From Pseudanabaena sp. ELA607 (GTDB lineage Bacteria > Cyanobacteriota > Cyanobacteriia > Pseudanabaenales > Pseudanabaenaceae), in contig JBAXSK010000001.1 of the NCBI GenBank assembly GCA_037130765.1, forward strand, positions 7,200-71,199: DNA of 64,000 bases. The letters run 5' to 3'. The position numbers were made by a program, and so were the translations under genes. This document shows positions 47,881 to 57,437 of this stretch, in pieces. The stretch's first letter is position 1, and every line of letters begins with the position of its first letter. A model generated the notes under the pieces. That model was not told the DNA's origin, ran no database searches, and was given only the letters and a program-made list of their open reading frames with translations.

Positions 47881-49301
47881 GAAGGTAATCCTATTTTTTC
47901 AAGAATTTCATTAGCTAGTTCTTCAAACTCTGCGGCTGACATCGAATCAGGCTTAAAGTCAAAGATCGATAAAGGATCAGGAATTTGCAGATCGCCAACG
48001 GTCACAGAATGATCCAGCGCTCGCGATAAGTCTTCTCTCTGAAAAATTCTCGTTTCTAATACAGGCAATCCATATCGATCTTTTACCACATTTTCTTGTT
48101 TGGGCAAAGTCACTTCAATATACTTCGCATTGGTCAATATTTTAGAAGGCAAAACTCCTAAAACATTAATTTCTGCTCGATTTGTGAGAACTCGAAATTC
48201 ATTTATTTCTTCCAAAAAGTTTTTGACGTTGCGTAAACCTTCGTTAGCAAATGGTTTGAGATCAGAGGGAATAATTAAATAATCACAAGCGATTAGAGCA
48301 ATTTTAGCGTATAAATTCAGTGAAGGAGGTGTATCAATTAAAACCACATCATATACATCTTTCACCAGTTCCAATTTCTTGACTAAATAGTTTTTAGCAG
48401 CATCCTTATTCGCCAAAATCGCTTCTTGACCAATCAAATTAATATGAGCCGGAATTACATCCACTTTGGGATAAGTGAAAGTTCCTTGTAAGGCAACATC
48501 AGGCAGATATTTCTCTTTGGGCGAGGCGATCACATGATAAACATTGCTGTCTCTGAGGGTGTCATCTTCTTCGGTGACAAACTTCATTAACCCTGCGGCA
48601 AAGGTTGTATTAGCTTGGCTATCGAGATCCACAATTAAAACTCGTTTGCCCTTCTTGCTCAAAGCCGCAGCCAAATTAATCACTGTGGTGGTTTTACCCA
48701 CGCCGCCTTTGTTGTGATAAATTGCGATGGTTTTCATATTTACTGTCTCTGGCTTGGGAATTATGATTTGATCCGTATCAGGATCAGGTAATGGATCTGG
48801 GTCAGCCTGACTGGGAATTAGCTGATCTGAAGTTGGCAGATCTGCAATTACAGCACCGCTTCCCTCCAGCCCCGCCAACTTGTTTTTACCGATGATATTT
48901 CTAATCGCCGCAATTTGATGGGCAATTTCAACCCCTTGACATCGAAAACTTAGCTTAACTTGCTCCCCAACCAACTCATAGATCCGAAAATCTTTACCAT
49001 TAGTCAGAATGCCATACACAACCCGCAATTGTGTTAAATAGTATGATAGCTTCCTCACATAAAAGTCAAGATTTTTGCTGGGACTTTTAGCTTCTATGAC
49101 CACACAAATTTTAGGCGCTGGATCGACAGCACTGGGAAAAACTTGGGATGTCAGGGCTAAAAAATCTAAGCGAATGCTGCCTAAAGCTACCTCCTGATGC
49201 CATTTACTCGGATCGTAGCCAAGGGCAGGCAAAAGATACTGCACAATTAATTTACTTTCAACCTCGCTCTCATTGCGGCACAGACTCGGATCAAAATTCA
49301 T
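47877..49301 (-). CDS. fusion protein: N-terminal PD-(D/E)xK (HsdR-N-like) domain plus ParA/Soj-type ATPase
   Basis: N-terminus: ESEVESKLIVQYLLPALGY...RLDFLAL...VVIEAKSP...GILTNGKDFRIYEL. C-terminus: deviant Walker A NKGGVGKTT, IVDLDSQ, VLIDTPP. Confidence 0.8.
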   Translation of the reverse strand: MNFDPSLCRNESEVESKLIVQYLLPALGYDPSKWHQEVALGSIRLDFLALTSQVFPSAVDPAPKICVVIEAKSPSKNLDFYVRKLSYYLTQLRVVYGILTNGKDFRIYELVGEQVKLSFRCQGVEIAHQIAAIRNIIGKNKLAGLEGSGAVIADLPTSDQLIPSQADPDPLPDPDTDQIIIPKPETVNMKTIAIYHNKGGVGKTTTVINLAAALSKKGKRVLIVDLDSQANTTFAAGLMKFVTEEDDTLRDSNVYHVIASPKEKYLPDVALQGTFTYPKVDVIPAHINLIGQEAILANKDAAKNYLVKKLELVKDVYDVVLIDTPPSLNLYAKIALIACDYLIIPSDLKPFANEGLRNVKNFLEEINEFRVLTNRAEINVLGVLPSKILTNAKYIEVTLPKQENVVKDRYGLPVLETRIFQREDLSRALDHSVTVGDLQIPDPLSIFDFKPDSMSAAEFEELANEILEKIGLPS

Positions 49302-49398
49302 GATTACTATATGTTTTAACCATATACTTAAAAAGTAATATCATGATATAAATATATTTGAACCAAGCATATTTATATCGTCATTTAAAATTATTTTG

Positions 49399-49466
49399 GC
49401 ACATTAAAAGAACTTGACCACGCCCCGCCTGCGGCGTACCCCTCCAAGGAAGGGGAATTTTAATAC
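49399..49466. repeat. solo arm of the 40564..40667 hairpin element
   Basis: It is the near-exact reverse complement of 40621..40687 (ggcacattaaaagaacttgaccacgccccgcctgcggcgtacccctccaaggaaggggaattttaat). Confidence 0.75.
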
Positions 49467-49483
49467 GCAATTTTAAATTTACG

Positions 49484-50611
49484 TCATCCTTGGCGGATCT
49501 GTTGCCATAATTGCTGATATTCTGCCGTGATCTCTGGGCTGAGGGGGTAGAGGATTTCACTTTGATCCCAGATGGCTGATGGCATCACCTTCAACGGATC
49601 TTGTTTTAAACGATCCGGCAATTGAGGCAAAATCCGGCTTGATGTGGGCATGGCATCCCCAAGGGCCGCTAACTGCATCGCCCCATGATCCCCCAAACAA
49701 AAATTCATCCACTGACTAGCAACATTAAGATAGCCCGCATCAGGGTTAGCCTCAGCCCCTTTAGGTAAAACCCATAAATCCGCCCACAGAGCCGTACCTT
49801 CTTGGGGTACTACGGCTTTGACATTAGGATACTGCCGTAAAACGCGATGGGCATCGTTAGACCAAGTGACCGTTACCCAAGCATCATCACTGAGCATCGC
49901 TTGCAACCCATGATCGGAACTATAAAACAACACCTGCTGATGTAATTGCTGTAAATCTTTGACCAACTGTTCCCGCTGTGGCCCTTTAGGTAAAGGCGAG
50001 TTATAGGAAAAACCTTGTTTTTTTAGCACCAAACCAATCACTTCTCTAGCATCATCAGGCAGCACTAACTTACCCCGCAATTCCGGTCGCCACAGATCAG
50101 CCCATGCCAAAGGATTTTTGAGCCGAGAATCCGTAAATTTTTCTAATTTATCACTGCGGTAAGTAATCACCGTACTACCCCATCGATAGGGGATACCCCA
50201 CACCGTCTCAGGACTAGCACTATCAGCCATTGCCAGCTTTTGCCAACGCCGATCTAAAAATTGCCATTGGGGAACTTGGGCTAATAATTTAGGGGGCAAA
50301 GGTTGCAAATAATTTTGTTTAACTGCTGACCACAACCAACTATCACCTAAACTGATCACATGGGGTAATTTTTCTCTGTCATTAGCGCCACTATTTTTCT
50401 GTAATTCCAACCAAATCTTTTGGGGGGTATTTTCAGTTTTTAATTCGGCTGGACGGCTAGTTTCTTTCTCAAAATTACTCAATAGTTTGCTAGGAATTGC
50501 CCCTACTAAACCTAAAATTCGTAATCGATTGGGATCGCTAAATAGACTACAACCTGCGGTTCCCACCAAGGCCAACCCACTGAGGTATAAGAATTTGCGG
50601 CGTTTAATCAT
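49484..50611 (-). CDS. periplasmic solute-binding protein, PotD/spermidine-putrescine-like family
   Basis: Lipoprotein/Tat-like signal RRKFLYLSGLALVGTAGC. The fold pattern is SBP family 1 (GIPYRWGSTVITYR). The substrate is not determinable. Confidence 0.65.
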   Translation of the reverse strand: MIKRRKFLYLSGLALVGTAGCSLFSDPNRLRILGLVGAIPSKLLSNFEKETSRPAELKTENTPQKIWLELQKNSGANDREKLPHVISLGDSWLWSAVKQNYLQPLPPKLLAQVPQWQFLDRRWQKLAMADSASPETVWGIPYRWGSTVITYRSDKLEKFTDSRLKNPLAWADLWRPELRGKLVLPDDAREVIGLVLKKQGFSYNSPLPKGPQREQLVKDLQQLHQQVLFYSSDHGLQAMLSDDAWVTVTWSNDAHRVLRQYPNVKAVVPQEGTALWADLWVLPKGAEANPDAGYLNVASQWMNFCLGDHGAMQLAALGDAMPTSSRILPQLPDRLKQDPLKVMPSAIWDQSEILYPLSPEITAEYQQLWQQIRQG

Positions 50612-50739
50612 ATTGTTAACAATTTTTGATTTTTCTCATCACACTCAAGGATCATTGCAATGATGACAGATTGATGCATTGAGTTACAATCTCTCAGGTA
50701 AAATATGTTAATACTGACAATCACCCCCTAGCAGACGCA

Positions 50740-51456
50740 ATGCCTACTCTCGGTGTAAATATTGATCACATCGCTACCCTTCGCCAAGCCCGACGTTCTA
50801 CCGATCCCGATCCAGTCATGGCAGCAGTCATTATCGAACTTGCTGGAGCCGATGGCATCACGGTTCACTTACGGGAAGACCGTCGCCATATCCAAGATAG
50901 GGACGTGCGTCTGTTGAGGCAAACTGTACGGACTAGACTGAATCTGGAAATGGCAGCTACCCCAGAAATGGTGGCTATTGCCTTAGATGTTAGACCGGAC
51001 TATGTGACCTTAGTCCCCGAAAAACGGGAGGAACTAACCACCGAAGGAGGATTGGACATCCTCAAGCGGGGCGTTAGGTTGTCAAAAATCGTAGCGGAAC
51101 TACAGGGCGCAAATATTCCGGCTAGCCTATTTATTGAGCCAGACGATGAGCAAATTCGCGCCGCTGCTTCGACGGGAGCGCAGTTTATTGAGTTGCATAC
51201 CGGAACCTATGGCAGCACCCAAACTGAAGCCGAGCAAAACCATGAATTAGGCATTCTGAAGCGTTGTGCTGAGCTAGCTTTGAGCTTAGGTTTACGACTT
51301 AATGCGGGGCATGGCTTAAATTATCGCAATACCCGACCCATTGTAGAAATTCCAGGTATGGAAGAGCTTAATATTGGTCACAGCATTGTCAGTCGCGCCA
51401 TATTGGTGGGACTAGATCGCGCCGTCAGAGACATGAAAGCGATCACCACGCTTTAA
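50740..51456 (+). CDS. pdxJ: pyridoxine 5'-phosphate synthase
   Basis: [29 protein letters not shown] and NAGHGL motifs. Confidence 0.93.
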   Translation: MPTLGVNIDHIATLRQARRSTDPDPVMAAVIIELAGADGITVHLREDRRHIQDRDVRLLRQTVRTRLNLEMAATPEMVAIALDVRPDYVTLVPEKREELTTEGGLDILKRGVRLSKIVAELQGANIPASLFIEPDDEQIRAAASTGAQFIELHTGTYGSTQTEAEQNHELGILKRCAELALSLGLRLNAGHGLNYRNTRPIVEIPGMEELNIGHSIVSRAILVGLDRAVRDMKAITTL

Positions 51457-51693
51457 TTCAACCCTTTAACTAAAAATTTAGCTTTAATAAATCAGGTTCT
51501 CAATTAGTAGATTTTGCCCCTAGTTGCTTTGAAGCAAAGATCTTCGACTTCCTTTTATCTGATTTTTTAATCAAACTAAACCATGAATCCTAGAGAGATT
51601 ACTAATATATCTCCCTAGGATTTGTTTTAATCACTGTTTATCAACATTTTTAGGAATGTTTTTACTCCTGAGTTATTGCCATAAATACGTCAG

Positions 51694-53049
51694 TTACAGC
51701 AAATCTTTTAGAATAGCAACTAATTTATGAGCCGCTCCAGTATCACCACAGACTTCTTTTAAGTCTTGCTTAATTTGCGCCAGACGTACCGGATCGGCTA
51801 ACAAATCTGTCACTACGGCAGCAATGTCAGCCGGAACAACTACCTGTACCATTTCGGGTACAATTTGCCGCCTCGCCCAAATATTAGGCCAAGCTAAAAA
51901 ACGTCCTTCCCGCTGTACTGCCCTAGCCGCCAAGTAATTAACTAGCCGCACCAATAAATTACCCACTATTGGCAACCGAATCATTAACCCCACCAAGCCA
52001 TCCCATGCCTGCATCGCATCAGCAATATTGGTAGGCATGACCATTACCATCGGCACATGGAGCGCGGCTAATTCAGCGGTATTAGCCCCAGCCGTTGTCA
52101 CACAGACCGTACTGTTGCGATACAAATCATGGGCCGGAAATTCTTGGTATAGCTCCACCATCGTACCTTGGGGCGTGCGTAACACCGGACGCTGATCAGG
52201 CAACTCAATTAAAGTGGCCGTAGTTCCCCCGACTTTGATCATGGCTTCTCCCGGACGGGCAAAGTCAAGTAATTGGGGCAGCGAAACCGTCGGCGCGAGG
52301 GCAAAACGAAATTGTGCTGTGGGTAGTTGACGGGCTAATTCATCAGCTACGCCCAAAAACAACGGCACACCCAGCCGTAATTTCATGCCCTTAGATCCCG
52401 GTAATAGGGTAATGATGGGATCTTTGGGGATGACATCAGAATCCAGACTAGAGGTGTTTTGCGCCGTGTCTACCATCAAATCCCCAATTACAGTCACCTT
52501 AGAGGCAAAAGTTACGGGAATGCCCTGGGCCACAGCTTCATTACGCACCGCAAACCGATCCACCCAGCGCCACCATCGGGCTTCCCATTCCGCATAAATC
52601 ACCGTGCCATAACCCAGCCGTTTGCCAATCACCACGGGATAAAACTGATCGCCACCCAAAAATAACACCACCCCTTGGGGATACCAATCCCATTGATCCG
52701 GAGAATTATGGTGAGAATGATTAACCTGATCTTCTAACTCAGACTTTTGGAGCGTGATCCCGTGAGACGTTTTGCCCCACAGCAGGAAATCCATAAAACT
52801 TTTAGCTGGCAAAACCCGCGCCACCAAAGGAAACTGGGCGGCAATTTCTGCCTCTTGTCCTGAAGCATTACTACAGGGCGACAAAATAATTGACACCCGA
52901 ATCTCCACAGCCCAAGTCTCAACCTCTGCGGCCAGAGCGCACAACGTCGGATAGACCCAAGTTGCTAGTTCCCCTGGGCCATTAGATAAAATAAGCAAAT
53001 CTCGCCTAGATTGATTGTGATTTATAGCATTTGCCGTCATACTCGCCAT
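51694..53049 (-). CDS. LpxB-related (lipid-A-disaccharide synthase-like) glycosyltransferase family protein
   Basis: 451 aa with a GT-B-like layout, LLILSNGPGE at the N-terminus and TAGANTAELAALHVPMVMV near the C-terminus. The family assignment is tentative. Confidence 0.5.
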   Translation of the reverse strand: MASMTANAINHNQSRRDLLILSNGPGELATWVYPTLCALAAEVETWAVEIRVSIILSPCSNASGQEAEIAAQFPLVARVLPAKSFMDFLLWGKTSHGITLQKSELEDQVNHSHHNSPDQWDWYPQGVVLFLGGDQFYPVVIGKRLGYGTVIYAEWEARWWRWVDRFAVRNEAVAQGIPVTFASKVTVIGDLMVDTAQNTSSLDSDVIPKDPIITLLPGSKGMKLRLGVPLFLGVADELARQLPTAQFRFALAPTVSLPQLLDFARPGEAMIKVGGTTATLIELPDQRPVLRTPQGTMVELYQEFPAHDLYRNSTVCVTTAGANTAELAALHVPMVMVMPTNIADAMQAWDGLVGLMIRLPIVGNLLVRLVNYLAARAVQREGRFLAWPNIWARRQIVPEMVQVVVPADIAAVVTDLLADPVRLAQIKQDLKEVCGDTGAAHKLVAILKDLL

Positions 53050-53133
53050 TTCGTCCCCAGAACTGTCAACATACGTCCATAATCACGGTAAAGTAAAAGC
53101 AACTCATTTGTGTGAAGCATACGCAGCAAGCAT

Positions 53134-54021
53134 GTGGATTTAGTAACGTTTTTTGACTCAAGTAAACCAGTAATTGGCGTAATTCATCTCTTGCCTTTAC
53201 CTACCTCGCCACGGTGGGGCAATAGCTTAAAAGAGGTAATTGATCGCGCTGAACAGGAAGCCACAGCCCTTGCCGCTGGAGGGGTTCAGGGTATTTTAAT
53301 CGAAAATTTTTTTGATGCCCCTTTTACTAAAGGCAGTGTTGATCCAGCGGTGATCAGCGCCATGAGCTTGATCGTACAGCGGGTCATGCAAATGGTTGAT
53401 ATTCCTGTGGGTATCAATGTGTTGCGTAATGATGGTCGTAGTGCCCTAGCCATTGCCAGTTGCGTCGGGGCGAAATTTATCCGCGTCAATGTGTTGACCG
53501 GCGTAATGGCCACAGATCAAGGTGTAATCGAAGGTGATGCCTATGGCTTACTGCGTTATCGCCGCGAATTAGGTTGTGACGTAAAGATTTTTGCTGATGT
53601 TTTAGTCAAGCACGCCCAACCGGTATCCATTGCCAAGTTATCGGTAGCGGTGCAAGATACGCTGCAAAGAGGTTTAGCTGATGCGGTGATTTTATCGGGT
53701 TGGTCTACGGGTAGTCCTCCTGCCATTGATGATCTCCATGAAGCCCATTTTGCCTGTGGTGGTAGTCCTTTATTTATTGGCTCTGGAGCCACTTGGGAAA
53801 ATATCCCGCAGTTGTTATCCTATGCCGATGGCGTAATTGTCTCTAGTTCCCTAAAACGCAATGGCCAAATTCAACAGCCCATCGATCCGATTCGGGTCAG
53901 CCGATTTATGGAGGCAGTGCGTCGCCACCAAAACACCGTGCGGGCTGGTTTAGCCGTTGATCCGTCCCATCAGGGTAAAGGAATTAACCCTAGTGCAGCC
54001 ACTTCAGTATCAGTAACTTAA
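53134..54021 (+). CDS. btpA: BtpA/SgcQ family protein (photosystem I biogenesis BtpA)
   Basis: VIGVIHLLPLPTSPRW...GILIENFFDAPF...GINVLRND are typical BtpA motifs. Confidence 0.85.
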   Translation: MDLVTFFDSSKPVIGVIHLLPLPTSPRWGNSLKEVIDRAEQEATALAAGGVQGILIENFFDAPFTKGSVDPAVISAMSLIVQRVMQMVDIPVGINVLRNDGRSALAIASCVGAKFIRVNVLTGVMATDQGVIEGDAYGLLRYRRELGCDVKIFADVLVKHAQPVSIAKLSVAVQDTLQRGLADAVILSGWSTGSPPAIDDLHEAHFACGGSPLFIGSGATWENIPQLLSYADGVIVSSSLKRNGQIQQPIDPIRVSRFMEAVRRHQNTVRAGLAVDPSHQGKGINPSAATSVSVT

Positions 54022-54243
54022 GCTAGCTAATTAGCTGCACAATTTAAGCATCAACAGTAAAGCTACTCTGGGTAATTGAAATACTCAGGGTAGTTTTGCG
54101 TTTGTCGGCTTTTTACTTTGACTGACGATCAATGGATTATTAATAGATTATAGTTGCGTTGTGACTTGATCGCACTGCATCGCCTCTGGTGGTGCTAGTG
54201 TGTATTGGCGAAATAGATTTCTAGGGAGGTATAGATTAGAGAT

Positions 54244-55119
54244 ATGGCTAAACGCTCGGAAACTTGGTTGCAAACTTGGTCTCGCCCTTTAACTGCCGGA
54301 CTAGCTGCCATCGGTTTTAGTTTAACTACTTATTTAACAGTGACTCATTTCCTAGGGCAAAAAGTAGCTCTCTGTAATACTGAAGGCTCCGGTTGTGATC
54401 TAGTTCTCAATAGTGAGTATGCCAAAATTTTTGGGATTCCCCTCACTGTATTTGGTGCAGCCGCCTATTTAACCCTTGGTTCCTTGGCGCTAGGATCATT
54501 TTTGTGGAAGAAGCCCGATCCTAAACAACAGCAAGCTTGGCAGGAATTAACCGGCTTTTTATTATTTTTAGGTTCTACCGCCACTTTTGTTTTTAGTGGT
54601 TATTTGATGTACCTGCTGGCTTCCGGTAGCATTGGTGGCAAGCCCCAGTTTTGTTTGTATTGCATCAGTTCAGCGGTTACCATGACCAGCATTTGGCTGA
54701 TTACCGTGTTTGGCAATCGCTGGAAAGATGTGGGTAATCTATTTTTCTCCGGCGCTATTGTTGCTTTGATTGTGATTACTGGTGCGGTGGGCGTTTATGG
54801 TGTGCAGCAACGGCTAATTATCCAAGGCAGCAGTTTTGCCGGACGCTTAGCCACCCACCTCAAAGAAACCGATGCCAGAATGTACGGCGCTTATTGGTGT
54901 CCCCATTGCCAAGATCAAAAGAAAAAATTTGGTGATGCTGCTAAGTTAGTCCCATACGTCGAATGCGATCCTAAAGGTCCTGATCCTAAGCCTGAACTCT
55001 GCCGCAGCAAAGGCGTAACTGGTTTTCCAACGTGGGAAATTGGCGGCAAAATGTATCCAGGCGATCGCTCTTTGCCCGAATTAGCCGATTTATCCAATTA
55101 CTTGGGGCCACGGGAATAA
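54244..55119 (+). CDS. vitamin K epoxide reductase (VKOR) fused to a thioredoxin-like domain
   Basis: Membrane VKOR part with loop cysteines (CNTEGSGC) and CLYC. C-terminal Trx-like YWCPHCQDQK. Confidence 0.85.
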   Translation: MAKRSETWLQTWSRPLTAGLAAIGFSLTTYLTVTHFLGQKVALCNTEGSGCDLVLNSEYAKIFGIPLTVFGAAAYLTLGSLALGSFLWKKPDPKQQQAWQELTGFLLFLGSTATFVFSGYLMYLLASGSIGGKPQFCLYCISSAVTMTSIWLITVFGNRWKDVGNLFFSGAIVALIVITGAVGVYGVQQRLIIQGSSFAGRLATHLKETDARMYGAYWCPHCQDQKKKFGDAAKLVPYVECDPKGPDPKPELCRSKGVTGFPTWEIGGKMYPGDRSLPELADLSNYLGPRE

Positions 55120-55674
55120 TTGATGAGGCTCAATCTTGAATTCCATTTATTTTAATAATTCAATAAGAATCTTTGAATCATCACTAATATGATTGTTAAA
55201 TCCTTAATTTGTGCGATTATCAATCACAAATTAGCCACTTTAAGGGTAGAAAATCATAAAATCATGGCGAACAATTGTTGCTAATGTCTCACCAGAGATA
55301 AAAATTTGCATCTTAAGCACCTAGATTTATAATCTAGTTCAGATCCTGTTGGGACTAAGATAGAATAAGTTTAGGTTTTTAAGACAAAAGTTTAGGTTGC
55401 TTACGATCAAAGCTTATACTTTGCTTTTATAATGGAGAGATATGCTCCCTCTTATAGAATCAAAAATCTCAAGTGAGCCATTCACGAGATCTGAGATATG
55501 GCGTTACCTAAACCTATAATTTCAATTATTTTGACCCTATTGATTTGAAAAGATTATCCAGTAATATTTTTAGGGTCTGAAGAATTGATACTTAATGCTC
55601 CCAAGCGATAAACTCGTGATTTTTCTCTAGGGATCTATCTATACAAATCAACTACTGCGCGACAAACAGAAGGC

Positions 55675-57408
55675 ATGGACTACCAAGTTAATGGAGCGCC
55701 AATTCCATTCAATTCAGACAACTTATTGGCAGAGAGTTTAGCCTTAGTTGCTGAAGATTATAAAATTTCTCCGGCTGAGCATCAGGCTTTGCTCTTAGTT
55801 CTCTCTGGCAGGAGCATCGATGATATTGCTGAAATGCTCAATCTCAAACCCGTAACTGTACGCAAGCGTTTGGGTGAAGTTTATCAAAAGTTCGGGATTT
55901 ATGGCGCAGGCCCCGGCAAACTGGCTAAGTTGCAGCATATGCTGTTGACTTTGAGCCAAACCCATGCGAGCGGAAATACTTCCTCCCACAGGCCCAAATA
56001 TGCCGAGGTTAACAGTCAATTTGACTCGCAACCCCGTCAGTCAGCGCGTCGTGGTCGGGCTGCTGAGCGTTCTGGTAGCAGTTATGGGACAAAATCAGCT
56101 ACTGCGACTAGTCCTAGTCGAGCTTTTTCGGCTAAGGGTAGCGAAACAACTGCCCCTACTTTTGGCAAAAAAACAGCCACTGGAGGAGCGCCCATTGATT
56201 TACGGCAACTACGCATTAACATACCTGTACTAGATGAGTCATCATCAGACGGAGTTGATGCGCCTAGTGTTCTTGATGCGAATGCCGATGCTAGTTCGGT
56301 TCCGGCGATTATCTCCAGCTATACCAAAGAACTCACCTCAGCACTGATCGGACAATACGATTTAATGGTGATTTGGGGCCCGTTTGGCATTGGTAAATCC
56401 TATCAACTCAAGCAAATAGCTGATGTTTTGTCTTACAGCGCTCGGTCGCAATGGGGGCATAACTTGCTATGTTGGCGCTATGTTTGCGATGGTAAAGCAA
56501 CGGTAAAAGAAGTGGCGGAGGCTTGGCAAGCTTGGCATCAAAACATTGATCCCCATGCCGCCCATGACCCCGACTTAATTTTGATCCCCGAAGAGGCTAA
56601 TGAAACTCTTGCAGAGAAAGGAAATACCGAAAATATCCCGCCTGCGGAAGGAATTAGTAACGCTGCCTCTGGCGAAGATGGCTCTAACAGCGATCCCGAC
56701 TATAGCCAAAACCTGATTGCCCAATGGTGTGCCCTAAGTGCGCAAGAGCCACTGATTCTGTGTTTAGATGATTTGCCCAATACCCTAGAATGGCAGCACT
56801 TTTTGCAGCAATGGGTAGCGGTGACGGAAAAAATGCCGCAATCTCCCAAGCTGTGTTGTACCTGTGCTGCTAAAACTACTTGGCTAGCCAGTTTAGCTGC
56901 TAGTTCAGCGCGGTTATACCTGTGGGAATGTGAAGGCATCGACTTGGCTATTGCCCAGAAATGTCTGGCAAAATGGCAACTCCAAGGCGACCTAAGCCAT
57001 TGGCAAACCTTGGTGTACTTATATCGGGGTTCGCCGCGTCACCTCAGACGCACTGCGGATCTGATTAATAATTTATTTAGTGGCAAGATTCATGAATTTT
57101 TGCTGTTAGATGAAATCTATGTCGATGAAGCAACCCAAAAACAGTTACAGGAGCAAATTCGTCGCTGCGAACCCATCCAACTAAAGATATTAGCGACTTT
57201 GGCTAAGGCTAGTAACCCCTTGACCCTATCCCAATTAGGGCAAAATATTGGCAAAATGCCGATCATGGAGCGGTTAAATCATCTTGAAGCGTTGCGCTGG
57301 CAAAGTCTGATTGAAATTTATCCCACCAGTGATGATCATCCGCAAACCCGTTATGGTTTGCCCCCCGTGGTGCGTGAAGTTTACCAACAGGCACTGACGG
57401 CGGCATAA
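55675..57408 (+). CDS. N-terminal LuxR-type HTH plus P-loop (STAND-like) NTPase
   Basis: HTH: ISPAEHQALLLVLSGRSIDDIAEMLNLKPVTVRKRLGEVYQKFGI. An S/T/A-rich linker of about 120 aa follows. Walker A is WGPFGIGKS and Walker B is LILCLDDLP. Confidence 0.7.
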   Translation: MDYQVNGAPIPFNSDNLLAESLALVAEDYKISPAEHQALLLVLSGRSIDDIAEMLNLKPVTVRKRLGEVYQKFGIYGAGPGKLAKLQHMLLTLSQTHASGNTSSHRPKYAEVNSQFDSQPRQSARRGRAAERSGSSYGTKSATATSPSRAFSAKGSETTAPTFGKKTATGGAPIDLRQLRINIPVLDESSSDGVDAPSVLDANADASSVPAIISSYTKELTSALIGQYDLMVIWGPFGIGKSYQLKQIADVLSYSARSQWGHNLLCWRYVCDGKATVKEVAEAWQAWHQNIDPHAAHDPDLILIPEEANETLAEKGNTENIPPAEGISNAASGEDGSNSDPDYSQNLIAQWCALSAQEPLILCLDDLPNTLEWQHFLQQWVAVTEKMPQSPKLCCTCAAKTTWLASLAASSARLYLWECEGIDLAIAQKCLAKWQLQGDLSHWQTLVYLYRGSPRHLRRTADLINNLFSGKIHEFLLLDEIYVDEATQKQLQEQIRRCEPIQLKILATLAKASNPLTLSQLGQNIGKMPIMERLNHLEALRWQSLIEIYPTSDDHPQTRYGLPPVVREVYQQALTAA

Positions 57409-57437
57409 TTATAAGTTTTTTGTGATTATGTTTGTAG

